A DNA stretch of 64,000 bases from Candidatus Zhuqueibacterota bacterium. GTDB taxonomy: Bacteria; Zhuqueibacterota; Zhuqueibacteria; Thermofontimicrobiales; Thermofontimicrobiaceae. Shown here piece by piece: positions 19,370 through 29,836 of this stretch. The stretch spans positions 144,631 through 208,630 of the forward strand of contig JAPDPQ010000004.1 of assembly GCA_034506395.1 (NCBI GenBank), given 5' to 3'. The translations under genes were made by a program, and so were the position numbers. The stretch's first letter is position 1. Every line of letters starts with the position of its first letter. The notes under the pieces were generated by a model that was not told where the DNA came from, did not search any database, and worked only from the letters and a program-made list of their open reading frames with translations.

Positions 19370-20611
19370 CTATTGAAGTAAGTCTATGGCGATCAATACC
19401 GACAACCGGGCGAAATCCACCAATTGCAGCAGTTCGATATACTCATTGGCGATATGGGCTGTATCTCCTCCTGGCCCCCAGCCGACTGTAAGAACACCAT
19501 GCTGAATTAAATTTTTGGCGTACGTGCCGCCGCCCATTCCCATCGGGGTTGCAATGAAACCCAACTCCGATTCGGTATATTTTTGAATCAGCTTTACCAA
19601 TTCATTATCAGCTGAAACGCTAAAGGGAAGACTTTCTGATAAAATTTCGACTTGAAAATTGCCACCGGGAATTCGATCGATGCACCGATGGATCTGGTCC
19701 AATACCCCAGTTCGATCCATGCCGGGGACCGTGCGAATATCCAAATAAATCGAACAATTTGCTGGGACCACATTCGCAGCAACCCCGCCATGGATCTCGC
19801 CAAGATTTAAAGTCGGGCCTCCTAACAGGGGATGAGGGTGGTATTCGAATTGAAGCTGTTCTAAAAGAGGGATCAGTTTCGCCATCATGAAAATGGCATT
19901 GATCCCCTTTTCTGGGGTTGAGCCATGGGCCTGCTGACCAAAAGCAGAGATCCGAATCACCATTCGGCCCTTCTCAGCGATGTCAATTTCTCTCATTTCA
20001 TGCCCGATATCAGGCACAATGGCGTGAGTCGGATTGATCAGTCGCCCCTCCAACAGATAGCCGATGCCATAATCAACCCCATTTGGGTCAGCAGCCTCCT
20101 CGTCCGCCAGCGCAGCGATGAGCAACTGCCCATTCAATTGTTGATCCAGCTCCAACTGTTTGATCACTGCCGACGCCAACAAAATTGCAGCTAAAGGGCC
20201 TTTGTTATCATTCGTGCCACGGCCATATAATTTGCCATCCTTCACCACTACATCGAATGCATTGTGCTCCCAACCTTCTCCTGCGGGAACAACATCCATG
20301 TGCGCCGGCAACAACAATCTCTTGCCGCTGACATTTTTCCCCAGCTTGCCGATAATGTTTGGCCGTTCTCGCTGTCTGGCAAATTCGTCGAAGGGAATAC
20401 CAAGTCGCGATAACTCCCGTTTAACAATCTCTGCTACCCGATATTCCTCTCCACGAACCCTTAAATAGGGATGTTCTGGCAATTTCTCTGGAATCACATT
20501 CACGGTCCGTTGCCTAACCATCTCGGTTACCAATTCGATGATCCGCTGCTCAATCGCTTTGCGATGGTCTTGAAAATACTGATTAATCTTTCTATGTAAG
20601 TTCATACTCAC
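19370..20611 (-). CDS. M20-family metallopeptidase (ArgE/DapE/carboxypeptidase G2-like)
   Basis: LPAHMDVVPAGEGW metal-binding region; overall M20 architecture with a dimerisation insert. Confidence 0.85.
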   Translation of the reverse strand: MSMNLHRKINQYFQDHRKAIEQRIIELVTEMVRQRTVNVIPEKLPEHPYLRVRGEEYRVAEIVKRELSRLGIPFDEFARQRERPNIIGKLGKNVSGKRLLLPAHMDVVPAGEGWEHNAFDVVVKDGKLYGRGTNDNKGPLAAILLASAVIKQLELDQQLNGQLLIAALADEEAADPNGVDYGIGYLLEGRLINPTHAIVPDIGHEMREIDIAEKGRMVIRISAFGQQAHGSTPEKGINAIFMMAKLIPLLEQLQFEYHPHPLLGGPTLNLGEIHGGVAANVVPANCSIYLDIRTVPGMDRTGVLDQIHRCIDRIPGGNFQVEILSESLPFSVSADNELVKLIQKYTESELGFIATPMGMGGGTYAKNLIQHGVLTVGWGPGGDTAHIANEYIELLQLVDFARLSVLIAIDLLQ

Positions 20612-21178
20612 CTCATTTTTTTCAAAAAAATTCTATCGGCGATAACCGCATTTGAAAAACATTGGATCGAAAACTCTAGATCATTTCATTTTTCACTATC
20701 ACTTCCTGGTCACCTCTTTCTTCCGGCATTCATTAATCTAAAAATCGCATTTGCATCGGCAAATGATTTACAAGATGGTTGGTGAAATCACCGATGCGAA
20801 CACTATTTTCAACAGGCTCTCTAAATAGGCGCTGGCCTGACGCTTGCTATTTTAGTACCGATCTCAACGAATTGGACTGCTTTATCAGGTAAGCACCTGG
20901 TCAATTTTTCCATTTTTCGGAGAGGCTCTTAAAAGTTCTATTATATGAAATTTTTCGTGAAATGCAAGATATTATTTTCGGGAGGGTGGAAAATTTGGTC
21001 TCCAGCGATGCGGTACTTTTTGCTTAGCCTTATCATTCAATTTCCTCTGAATTGCTCAGAATTAACAGTTTGAAGGTATAATATGGCAAAATCGAGATGG
21101 TTCTTTTTTCTTCAGCAGCGCTATTCGAGCTACTCATTCGAGAGAAAAATGAATCAAGCATGATTTTTTCAACCTTAA

Positions 21179-24100
21179 TTGACTCACCAAATTTGTGGGG
21201 GAATCATGGATACTTCAACCTTTAGATGTCTCGTCGCCGCCTTGCTCATTCTTTGTCTTTCTACTCCTTTATCAGCTCAAACTGTTATTCGGGTGAACTG
21301 CGGTGGTAATGATTATTGGGATACGGAACGCAACCTTTGGCATGCAGACCAACCCTATACCCCTGGAAGCTGGGGCTATGTGAATCCTGGCTATTTTTTA
21401 TTTTATGATTACCCAATCAGCGGCACGAATGATGACCCATTGTATCAATATGAGCACAACGCTTTAGACAGCTATTTGTTCACTGTTCCCAACGGCACTT
21501 ACGTGGTCACATTGAAGTTCGCTGAACTTTATTATGACAATGTTGGCGAACGGGTTTTCCATGTGGACATTGAGGGTCAGCGGGTGCTGAATAACTTCGA
21601 TATTATCGCTGAAGTTGGATTTGCCGCAGCCTGCGATAAGACCTTCATCATCGATGTGAGCGATGGAATTCTGGATATCCAGTTCATCACGATTGAAAAA
21701 GAGCCTGGTGTTACTTTGGCACATGCCAACGTTAAGGCCATCGCTGTGGTCGAACAAGGCACTCATGAGCCCAAGTTGTGGGTAGATCCGCATGAGCTGG
21801 ACTTTTATGACTATTCCTACAAGCAGTCCTTTAAAATCAAAAATGGCGGCGAGTTGCCATTAGAGTGGAGCTGCGCTGAAGATCCAGATGAGCTCTGGAT
21901 CACCTCAGTGTCGCCGACCAGCGGCACGTTGTATCAAGGCCAATACCAATATGTGGAAGTCCAGGTATCTCGCTCTGGGTTAGCTGATGGTCATTATGAA
22001 GGGAACATCAACATATCTTCGAACGGTGGAAATGATAACGTTAAGGTCATGATGGATGTGGTCTCCAAGGTTGCCATTTTACAGGTTCAACAACTGAAAA
22101 TCGATTTTGGCGCCATCCTGACCAAAACATCGTTTAGCTTGAAAAATGTCGGCACCGCTGATTTAAATTGGAGCGCGCAAAACAGAAACAACGATCCATG
22201 GATCAAGCAAATTTCGCCGCTCAATGGTAAACTCGAGCCAGGAAAATCTCAGGATGTCCAAGTGACCGTCGATCGGACCGGGCTAACTGACAGCACGTAT
22301 CATGGGATCATTTCCGTCTCATCTAATGGTGGCAATGAAAACGTCGAATTATACTTGGACACTTATAATAAACCTTTGACGATCAACTGTGGCGGGAATG
22401 AGTATGTAGATAAGGAGCAGCATCGCTGGTCCAGCGATTTGGGATTTGTTGGCGGACAAACCAGCTATTCGAATGTGGCGATCGAAAATACTGAAAATGA
22501 TCCGATCTACCAGTCCTTCCGAACGGGCATGAGTAAGTATCAGCTATCGGTACAAAAAAATGGTTACTATCAAGTGGTGTTACATTTTGCTGAACTCCAG
22601 CACAATGAAGCTAACAAGCGCGTTTTCGATTTGAAAATAGAGGATAGCTTACTCGTCCAAAATTTTGATATCTTCGCCCAGCATGGAAAAAACTATGCGA
22701 TCATTAAGTCCGCCAAGATCGAAGTTACTGATGGACAACTTGATATCTTATTTATCAAAAAGACCGGCGAACCCTGCATATCCGCGATCGAGCTGCACCA
22801 AATCCCGATGCTAGAACTCGAAACCAATACGCTGAACTTCGCTTCAATCCTGACCAAACGAAGCTTCGTCTTGAAAAATCTTGGGACGCTGGATTTGAAT
22901 TGGGTAGTGAAGAATCCTACGAACGATCCCTGGTTGAAATCGATTTCACCGTCGAACGGAACCTTAACACCTAAGGCCTCGCGGTCAATCACCATTACCA
23001 TCGATCGAACGAATTTGGCAGATTCGCTTTTCCAAGGCAATTTGGCCGTCCAAACCAATGCAGGAAATGAAACGGTTGCCATAAGGTTCGAGACCAAGAA
23101 CAAACCGCTAAGGCTCAATTGCGGTGGAACGGAGTATCTCGATCGAAATAGCAATTCATGGCTTGAAGATAACTCATATGTCGGCGGCAGGACGATCTCC
23201 TGTCAGGATACCATTTCCAAAACCGATGATGATCAGTTGTATCAATTTTGTCGCACTGGCGTCAGCAAATATCAATTTGCGGTTCAAAACAATGGACTCT
23301 ATCGGATCGATTTGCATTTTGCTGAGATCCAGCACCAATCCACAGGAAGGCGGGTATTCGATGTCAAAATCGAAGACCAGCTTGTGTTGGAGAATTTTGA
23401 TATCTTTGCTGAGGCAGGTCGCTTCACTGCTTATGCTAAATCTGTGCAAATTGAAGTGAATGACAGGCAAATTGATATTTCCTTTACAGCGAAAACTGGT
23501 GAAAGCTGCATATCGGCCATTGAGCTCTTCCTTACCCCAATTATGGCGGTTCAGCCAACGACATTGAAGTTCGGCTCGCTGTTGACTAAAAGGCAATTTC
23601 AAGTGGTTAACGCTGGTCCAGTGGAACTGAACTGGAGAGCGATCAACCAGAAAAATGACCCTTGGATCAAATCAATAGTGCCAGCAAGCGGGAAATTGGC
23701 CCCTGCAGATACGCAACTGGTCGCCGCCATCATCGATCGAACGGCGCTATCGGATAGCGTACATCTGGGGCATATCACTATTGAGAGCGAAGGCAATGTT
23801 CAAAATATCATTTTGGCAGCCGAGACTGGACATCAGCCAGTTCGGATCAATTGTGCTGGCCCCGAATATCTGGACAGCCAGAAACAACTCTGGTTCGATG
23901 ACCTGTTAGCCAGCGACGCCCAGAAATTAACTTGCCAAGACACAATCCAGAACAGTAGTGATGATGATTTATATCAAACTGCATGGGTTGGTTTGAACAA
24001 GTATCAACTTCCAGTTCAGCATAACGGCCTTTATGGGTTTGCATTGCATTTCGCGGAGATCCAGTACCAAACGGCTGGAGACCGAGTTTTCGATATCCAA

Positions 24101-25354
24101 ATCGAAGATAGCCTGATGTTCAAAGATCTCGACATCTGTGCTGAGGCTGGGGTTCGGACCGCTCTAATCAAAACCGGAAAAATTACCATTTCAGACAATC
24201 AATTCGATATATCCTTTATCGCGAAGGCTGGTGCGCCGATTATCGCTGCGATTGAACTCTATCAAACTTCGCAGCTTGCCGTGGCCCCGACCTCATTAAA
24301 GTTCGGCTCTTTGCTCACACAACGAAGCTTCAGCCTCGTAAATACTGGTTCGATCCCAATGAATTGGTCCCTAACCAACCCATCGAACCTACCTTGGGTG
24401 AAACAAATGGTTCCGAGCAATGGCGTGCTCGCTCCTTCCGACACCCAAGCTGTAACTATTGCAATTGACCGCAGCGAATTGCCAGATAGCTCAGATTTTG
24501 TTGGTACGATTGAAGTGGTGAGCGATGGGGGTAATCAATCAGTCGTCCTGAAGTTAGCTACAACAAAAGAACCATTGCGCATCAATTGCGGCGGCTGGGA
24601 ATGGGTGGATGAAGCAGGAAATTATTGGTTCGAAGATGTCTTCGCCGAAGATGGTCAGCCGGTAACATCCGTCGATAGTATCGCAAATACCGAGAACGAC
24701 TGGTTGTACCAAACTGTCCAAAAAGCACCGCTTCGCTATCATTTGCCGATCCAGAAAAACGGCCGCTATGGGATCACTTTGCATTTTGTGGAGCTTGAGC
24801 ACCAAGCCGCAGGCCAACGCCAGTTCGATGTTCAGATCGAGGATAGCCTTGTTCTAGAAAATCTCGACGTATTCGCTGAATGCGGCCGTCTGACTGCGCT
24901 GATCAAGCAGGTGGTGGTCGAAGTGCAGGATCACCAGCTCGACATTAAATTCATCGCGAAAAATGGTGAACCGAGCATCGCAGGGATAGAAGTGGCTGAA
25001 GCACCCCAACTTCCCAGCGGTTTGGTCGACAACAACGATCAGCAGACGATCCCAAACCAGTTCGAATTGGCTCAGAACTATCCGAACCCGTTCAACATGG
25101 AAACCCAGATTCGCTTTGCTCTACCAATTGCTGGAAGAGTGACCCTGGAAATCTATAATCTATTAGGTCAAAAGCAACGAACTTTGCTGCAACAGGACAT
25201 GAGTGCTGGGTTCCATTCGATTCATTGGGACGGTCGCGATCAGAATGGAGCTTCAGTCAGCTCTGGCGTTTACATCTATAAAATTCAGATAACGCCTAAG
25301 GACCAAAAGCATCCCGCATTTCAACAGGTGAAAAAGATGCTGCTATTGAAATAG
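21179..25354 (+). CDS. Giant T9SS-secreted carbohydrate-binding protein: five malectin-like domains, each followed by one or two BACON/Ig-like domains, plus a Por C-terminal sorting domain; the likely start is the ATG at 21206
   Basis: Five repeats of NCGG..(Y/W)xD....DxxYxxxR....Y.....NGxYxxxLHFAE....G.RVFDVxIE...VLxNFDI (malectin-like), interleaved with LxFGxxLTKxSFxxxNxG...NWxxxN..NDPWI (BACON-like); C-terminal NYPNPFN...GRVTLEIYNLLGQK...GVYIYKIQ is a T9SS type-A sorting domain. Confidence 0.85.
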   Translation: MTHQICGGIMDTSTFRCLVAALLILCLSTPLSAQTVIRVNCGGNDYWDTERNLWHADQPYTPGSWGYVNPGYFLFYDYPISGTNDDPLYQYEHNALDSYLFTVPNGTYVVTLKFAELYYDNVGERVFHVDIEGQRVLNNFDIIAEVGFAAACDKTFIIDVSDGILDIQFITIEKEPGVTLAHANVKAIAVVEQGTHEPKLWVDPHELDFYDYSYKQSFKIKNGGELPLEWSCAEDPDELWITSVSPTSGTLYQGQYQYVEVQVSRSGLADGHYEGNINISSNGGNDNVKVMMDVVSKVAILQVQQLKIDFGAILTKTSFSLKNVGTADLNWSAQNRNNDPWIKQISPLNGKLEPGKSQDVQVTVDRTGLTDSTYHGIISVSSNGGNENVELYLDTYNKPLTINCGGNEYVDKEQHRWSSDLGFVGGQTSYSNVAIENTENDPIYQSFRTGMSKYQLSVQKNGYYQVVLHFAELQHNEANKRVFDLKIEDSLLVQNFDIFAQHGKNYAIIKSAKIEVTDGQLDILFIKKTGEPCISAIELHQIPMLELETNTLNFASILTKRSFVLKNLGTLDLNWVVKNPTNDPWLKSISPSNGTLTPKASRSITITIDRTNLADSLFQGNLAVQTNAGNETVAIRFETKNKPLRLNCGGTEYLDRNSNSWLEDNSYVGGRTISCQDTISKTDDDQLYQFCRTGVSKYQFAVQNNGLYRIDLHFAEIQHQSTGRRVFDVKIEDQLVLENFDIFAEAGRFTAYAKSVQIEVNDRQIDISFTAKTGESCISAIELFLTPIMAVQPTTLKFGSLLTKRQFQVVNAGPVELNWRAINQKNDPWIKSIVPASGKLAPADTQLVAAIIDRTALSDSVHLGHITIESEGNVQNIILAAETGHQPVRINCAGPEYLDSQKQLWFDDLLASDAQKLTCQDTIQNSSDDDLYQTAWVGLNKYQLPVQHNGLYGFALHFAEIQYQTAGDRVFDIQIEDSLMFKDLDICAEAGVRTALIKTGKITISDNQFDISFIAKAGAPIIAAIELYQTSQLAVAPTSLKFGSLLTQRSFSLVNTGSIPMNWSLTNPSNLPWVKQMVPSNGVLAPSDTQAVTIAIDRSELPDSSDFVGTIEVVSDGGNQSVVLKLATTKEPLRINCGGWEWVDEAGNYWFEDVFAEDGQPVTSVDSIANTENDWLYQTVQKAPLRYHLPIQKNGRYGITLHFVELEHQAAGQRQFDVQIEDSLVLENLDVFAECGRLTALIKQVVVEVQDHQLDIKFIAKNGEPSIAGIEVAEAPQLPSGLVDNNDQQTIPNQFELAQNYPNPFNMETQIRFALPIAGRVTLEIYNLLGQKQRTLLQQDMSAGFHSIHWDGRDQNGASVSSGVYIYKIQITPKDQKHPAFQQVKKMLLLK
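22381..24955 (+). repeat. Four tandem coding repeats of about 732 bp inside the malectin protein gene, preceded by a longer 1.09-kb first unit
   Basis: NCGG module starts at about 21293, 22381, 23119, 23851 and 24583. Confidence 0.7.
25100..25351 (+). other. T9SS (Por) C-terminal sorting domain of the malectin protein
   Basis: See the CDS entry above. Confidence 0.75.
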
Positions 25355-25448
25355 CCCCAATGGACCTCGCAGCAGGGCAATGCTTTGCTACAATGCTACG
25401 CCGCGGGTCTATCCAGAACTCTTGAAATCCGTCCATCTTAAAAACGTT

Positions 25449-25503
25449 CGCCAGTTGACAGAAAACTATTTGCGACCAGGCCTGTCAACTGGCGAATTTT
25501 TTT
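25449..25503 (+). terminator. Rho-independent terminator (13-bp stem CGCCAGTTGACAG/CTGTCAACTGGCG followed by T7)
   Basis: Read directly; lies 95 bp after the stop at 25354. Confidence 0.8.
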
Positions 25504-26431
25504 GGATCGATGGTGATGGTTTTTACATGCTGGATACCTCTACAGCGAAATTCAACCCGTTTTATCATCTAATAATTGCTTCCTCTGAAAGATCGAAGAT
25601 TTTTCTAATTCGACCTAAAACCCTAAAGAGAAAAGCGGCATGCAAAAATTGACCCAAGAAACACACGAAAGGGTACAACTCCTATTCTTTGAGAACAGGC
25701 TTTCGCGTTTTGTTGTGAGCAAAATTTCTTTTCAAGCCGCTTGAATTCATTTTTGAAATAAAGGTTCAATTTGAAATGTGGTTCAGCTTTCTCGCGCTGA
25801 TTTATTATCACGTCGCTGCGAACGGATTTTTTCCCTGACAAAAGAGGCGCTTTCAGAACAAAAACCGAACAAGTAAAAGAGGGCTCTTGGATTATCGAAC
25901 AAAAGAAAGCTTTTTCAATATCGTACCCCACCGTTTCAAATGAAAGTAAATCCGCTCAAAAATTTTTGCCAATAGAAGACTCCAATGGCTGATTTTTGTT
26001 TCCGGGATGAATGAGTTCCAATAAGAAATAGTTGTAATAATAAAAAAACTATTTTGCATTTTTCAAGAAAAAATTATATATTCATGCCGTTTAAACAATA
26101 ATAATTTGGGATCGAGATTTCCTTTTACGCTCCAGGCTAGAATGTAATTAAATTCTCTTCTGACCCGATGAGAGGGCAAAAATCTCAAATTTCGTAAAAC
26201 AGGTAGTATCACGAACAGCCGATCGACTTAATGTATCCATTTTGTTTGTTGGGAAATTGACTTCTGCAGAATCACAAAAATGAATCATCGCAATGATTGT
26301 TCGAGTGAGGAAGACGAAACACTCTGGTGGTCATAAAAGAATCATTTCATTTCTCCCCAGCAATCGATGGTTCGGAAACTAAATTTTTTCTATTCTGGGC
26401 AAATCTCAGGTGCAATTATTTAGGAGGCAGA

Positions 26432-26896
26432 ATGAAAAAATACATCCTTTTGTTTGCCATTGTTGGAACATTGAACTGCGCTGCAAATCGAATCCAATTT
26501 GAGCAGTTCTCAGTTTCATTAAATCTACCAGTGGCGCCAGATAGTTCGGTAACTATTGGCAGCGATGAACAATTTTTCGGAGTGCTCTGGCTTGCTGAAA
26601 TTATAAAAGCCGAACAAGTCCAGCCAGAAAAAATTAAACTCATCCAGAATTACGGCCGATATTTCATCTGTGCTGACGGTTTCAAACACGTCTGGATGAT
26701 TGAACCACAACGAGACGGCATGTCGGCGAAATTCAAAGCCATCGATGTGACACCAAAAGATAAGACCGACGATTATCGTCAAATTGGGTTATCTCGATAT
26801 GGCACACGAGACCATGCCTGTGTGAAGTTTCGATTTAATCAGCACGAGATCTTTATCGATAGAAAGGGTAACATCCATGAAAAATGTGGTAAGTAG
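26432..26896 (+). CDS. Hypothetical lipoprotein (154 aa); the track ORF is extended upstream, and the real start is probably ATG 26432 after an AGGAGG
   Basis: MKKYILLFAIVGTLNC lipobox; SD TAGGAGG 5 nt upstream. Confidence 0.55.
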   Translation: MKKYILLFAIVGTLNCAANRIQFEQFSVSLNLPVAPDSSVTIGSDEQFFGVLWLAEIIKAEQVQPEKIKLIQNYGRYFICADGFKHVWMIEPQRDGMSAKFKAIDVTPKDKTDDYRQIGLSRYGTRDHACVKFRFNQHEIFIDRKGNIHEKCGK

Positions 26897-27998
26897 ATTC
26901 ATCTTTTTGATCGCGCTTTGTTGGGGGACGTTCGTGATTGCGCAGGACATACAGGAGATGTATGATGCTGCAAAACAAGCCCTGCTACAGGGCGATTATA
27001 TGCTCGCACTGACCCGGATTTCCGATGCTCAAGCGCAAATTGAAATCGATCCGAATTTGGATCCAAACGGGGTATTTGGTAAAAAGCTACTACCAAAATT
27101 GCAGACTGTAGCCAATAATATGGCCGCGATCATCCGCAGCTTGGAGGCGCTTTATGCACAAGCCCAGGTTGAATCCGTTTTCCCGGATCTTCCTCCATCT
27201 GTTGAATCAGTTACTCAATATACCCAAATGGCCCGAAGCATGAGCGAGAAACTCATTGCTCATCGAGATTCCATCCTCTCCATTTATGAATTGGAGCCAG
27301 AGTTCAAGTTGGCGATTCGAAACCTGCCATCGGTCAGGCAGATCGAACAATTCGCATCTATCGGGATCATGGATCGGCTCTCGAGCAAATTCAGTTTATT
27401 AGCCGAAGTGCTCACCGATTCAATCCGATCGATCAATACTCGATATGCTGCATTAACCGAGGACCTGGAGAAATTAAAACGCTCCGCTGCAGCAAGCCGA
27501 GCCGAACGGAAGAAATTAGAGCAACAATTGGCTGCTCTCTCGCAGGAACGAGATAATTATATGCATGCGATCTCAGAGATGCTAATGGGCCTGCCCACCG
27601 CCGAAAACGAAACAAGGCAGATGATCCTCCTTGATCAAAACCTTGATACCGCCTTCAGCACCGCTATTGAAACTGAAATCAAGCGCGTTGAAGCAATGAC
27701 CGAAGTGGATTCCCTTGGTCATAAGGAACTGCTAAAAAACTTCGAGCGGATGAAACAATATAATCAAATTTTCACCAAGAACAATGTGGCTGCGGATCAT
27801 TCGGCTTTACTGGCGCGATACGAAGCGGCTATCCAGCGAGTGAAGGTGGTTCAGCCTGAAAAAACCAATTACGTTTTTTATATCGGAATAGCCTTAGCCG
27901 TGCTCATTTTGGGATTCATCATTTATCAATTTGTCGTTTCTTCGCGAAAAAGAAAAACAGCAAAAGAATCGCCTGATCAACGGGATTCGGATTTCTAA
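26877..27998 (+). CDS. Signal-peptide, coiled-coil protein with a C-terminal transmembrane anchor (373 aa); overlaps the upstream lipoprotein gene by 20 nt
   Basis: Cleavable signal ...VIAQD, TPR-like N-terminal region, long heptad-rich centre, C-terminal hydrophobic helix then SSRKRKTAKE. Confidence 0.6.
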   Translation: MKNVVSRFIFLIALCWGTFVIAQDIQEMYDAAKQALLQGDYMLALTRISDAQAQIEIDPNLDPNGVFGKKLLPKLQTVANNMAAIIRSLEALYAQAQVESVFPDLPPSVESVTQYTQMARSMSEKLIAHRDSILSIYELEPEFKLAIRNLPSVRQIEQFASIGIMDRLSSKFSLLAEVLTDSIRSINTRYAALTEDLEKLKRSAAASRAERKKLEQQLAALSQERDNYMHAISEMLMGLPTAENETRQMILLDQNLDTAFSTAIETEIKRVEAMTEVDSLGHKELLKNFERMKQYNQIFTKNNVAADHSALLARYEAAIQRVKVVQPEKTNYVFYIGIALAVLILGFIIYQFVVSSRKRKTAKESPDQRDSDF

Positions 27999-28214
27999 TC
28001 CCATCTAAATTGGCGTCCAGCACGATCCGACCTTCGGAAATGGGCTTCCTGATGAAGGATGTAAATCCCTCAACAACGAATGTGGCACTTTGATGCAAAA
28101 TTCGGTTGGTTGATTAATTAGAGCTGAGGATGGCGGGAGATGAACAGACTCCCTTGGGGCCAGAGATGATCCCTTTGCCAATTAGTTGACCAGGTTAAGA
28201 ATTGGAGAATTCCT

Positions 28215-29634
28215 CATGGCGTCAACGGATCAAATCATTGAACAAGCGCACCAAGCAGCGCTGAGATTTCGGAGACTGAATCAACAGCAAACCGATCAAA
28301 TCGTTCGAGCCGTTTATCTCGCCGCAATGAATCACAGGATTGAATTGGCCAAGCTGGCGGCAGAGGAAACCCAGTTAGGAATATGGCAACATAAAGTGAT
28401 CAAAAATGTGATCGCAAGTCAGCTTGTCTATGAGCATATCAAAGATCAGAAAACGGTGGGGGTAATTTATTCGGATTCTTGCTCCGGGATCATCGAACTG
28501 GCCCAACCGATCGGCCCGATTTTGGGCCTGATTCCTGTCATCAATCCAACCTCCACTGCCATTTTTAAAATATTGATCGCCATGAAGACCCGAAATCCAA
28601 TCATCCTCAGCTCCACGCCGATGTCGAAAAACTGTGTTGCAGAAACCAGTCGCATCTGTGACGAAGCGGCACGAGAAGCAGGCGCTCCGGAGCATTGCAT
28701 CCAATGGCTAGGTAAGCCCAATTTGGCAAAGACCAAGGAACTGATGAGCCATAAAAGATTGTCTTTGATCTTGGCGACTGGGACGAACGAATTGGTCAAA
28801 GCAGCCTACAGCTCTGGCACGCCAACAATCGGGGTTGGCGCAGGAAATGTGCCAGTATACATCGGCGCATCTGCTGATATTCCGTTTGCCGTGAATAATA
28901 TTTTATTATCGAAAACATTTGATAACGGTTCTGTTTGTGCCAGCGAACAAGCGATTGTGGTCAAAAAGGAGATTTCCGATGCAGTGATTGCTGAATTCAA
29001 GCGGCAAAAGGCCTATTTTTTAAATGAGGATGAAATCGAGAAGGTGGAACGTATCGCTTATGATCGAGAGCGCGGGATGATGTCCCCTGCGGTCGTCGGA
29101 CAATCCGTTCAGCGGATCGCCCAAATGGCCGGGATCTCAGTCCCGCAGGATACATCGGTGCTTGTTGCCATCCTTGACGAGGTATCTCCCAACTGCCCGC
29201 TATCAGCAGAAATTCTGGCGCCAATTTTAGCTTTTTATATCGAACCAGATTTTGAAACAGCCATCCAGCGCTGCGCCCAGATCACTCAATTCGGCGGTAT
29301 CGGTCATACAGCAGTGATTTATTCCAACAATCCAGAACGAATCGAATATTTTTCGAACATGATCGATGTCGCCAGGATCTTGGTGAATACCCCATCGACT
29401 CAGGGCGCGTTGGGCGGGACATTTAACACTTTGCCCCCTTCATTCACTCTAAGCTGCGGTTCGGGCGGGAAAAATAGCACCACTGATAACATCTCCATTC
29501 GACACTTGCTCAATATCCATCGCATCTGCCGGCGTCGGATGAATGAACGCTGGAGCAATCTTGATCATGATATCTACCTCGACCCAGCCTGGACTGCTGA
29601 AGCGATAGAAAGAGAATTCAATAAAAATATCTGA
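28215..29634 (+). CDS. CoA-acylating (acetylating) aldehyde dehydrogenase, EutE/PduP/AdhE-N-terminal family
   Basis: ALDH fold with catalytic FDNGSVCASEQ and Rossmann motif IGVGAGNVP; the size of about 470 aa is typical of EutE. Confidence 0.85.
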
Positions 29635-29836
29635 TCCCTATCCTTTCAATGCCAGGTTCGGTCATTTCCCTCCCATTGAAGGACCATAGGATCCGCCTCT
29701 GCGATGCGATCGAGACGATCCAATCCCCCTTGAATGCTGATGTCTCTAATTTGCCCTTTAGGTTACCCCTCAAAGATATATCAAAAAGATCGCAGAGGCA
29801 ACTGACACAGACCACCGATTTCGTTTAGCACCGCAT

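Noticed and set aside
19264-19491. 75-aa plus-strand ORF
   Set aside because: It overlaps the probable true N-terminal region of the MFS gene and the end of the M20 gene, and has no Shine-Dalgarno.
25380-25931. Two overlapping ORFs of 90-100 aa in the long noncoding region
   Set aside because: They are mutually antisense, have no ribosome-binding site and have non-protein-like composition. The region is instead flagged as possibly ncRNA or a decayed gene.
26160-26185. Hammerhead-ribozyme-like CUGA...GAUGAG string (ctgacccgatgagagggcaaaaatc)
   Set aside because: The conserved CUGAUGA and GAAA boxes are not in the correct spacing and no stems I, II or III can be drawn.
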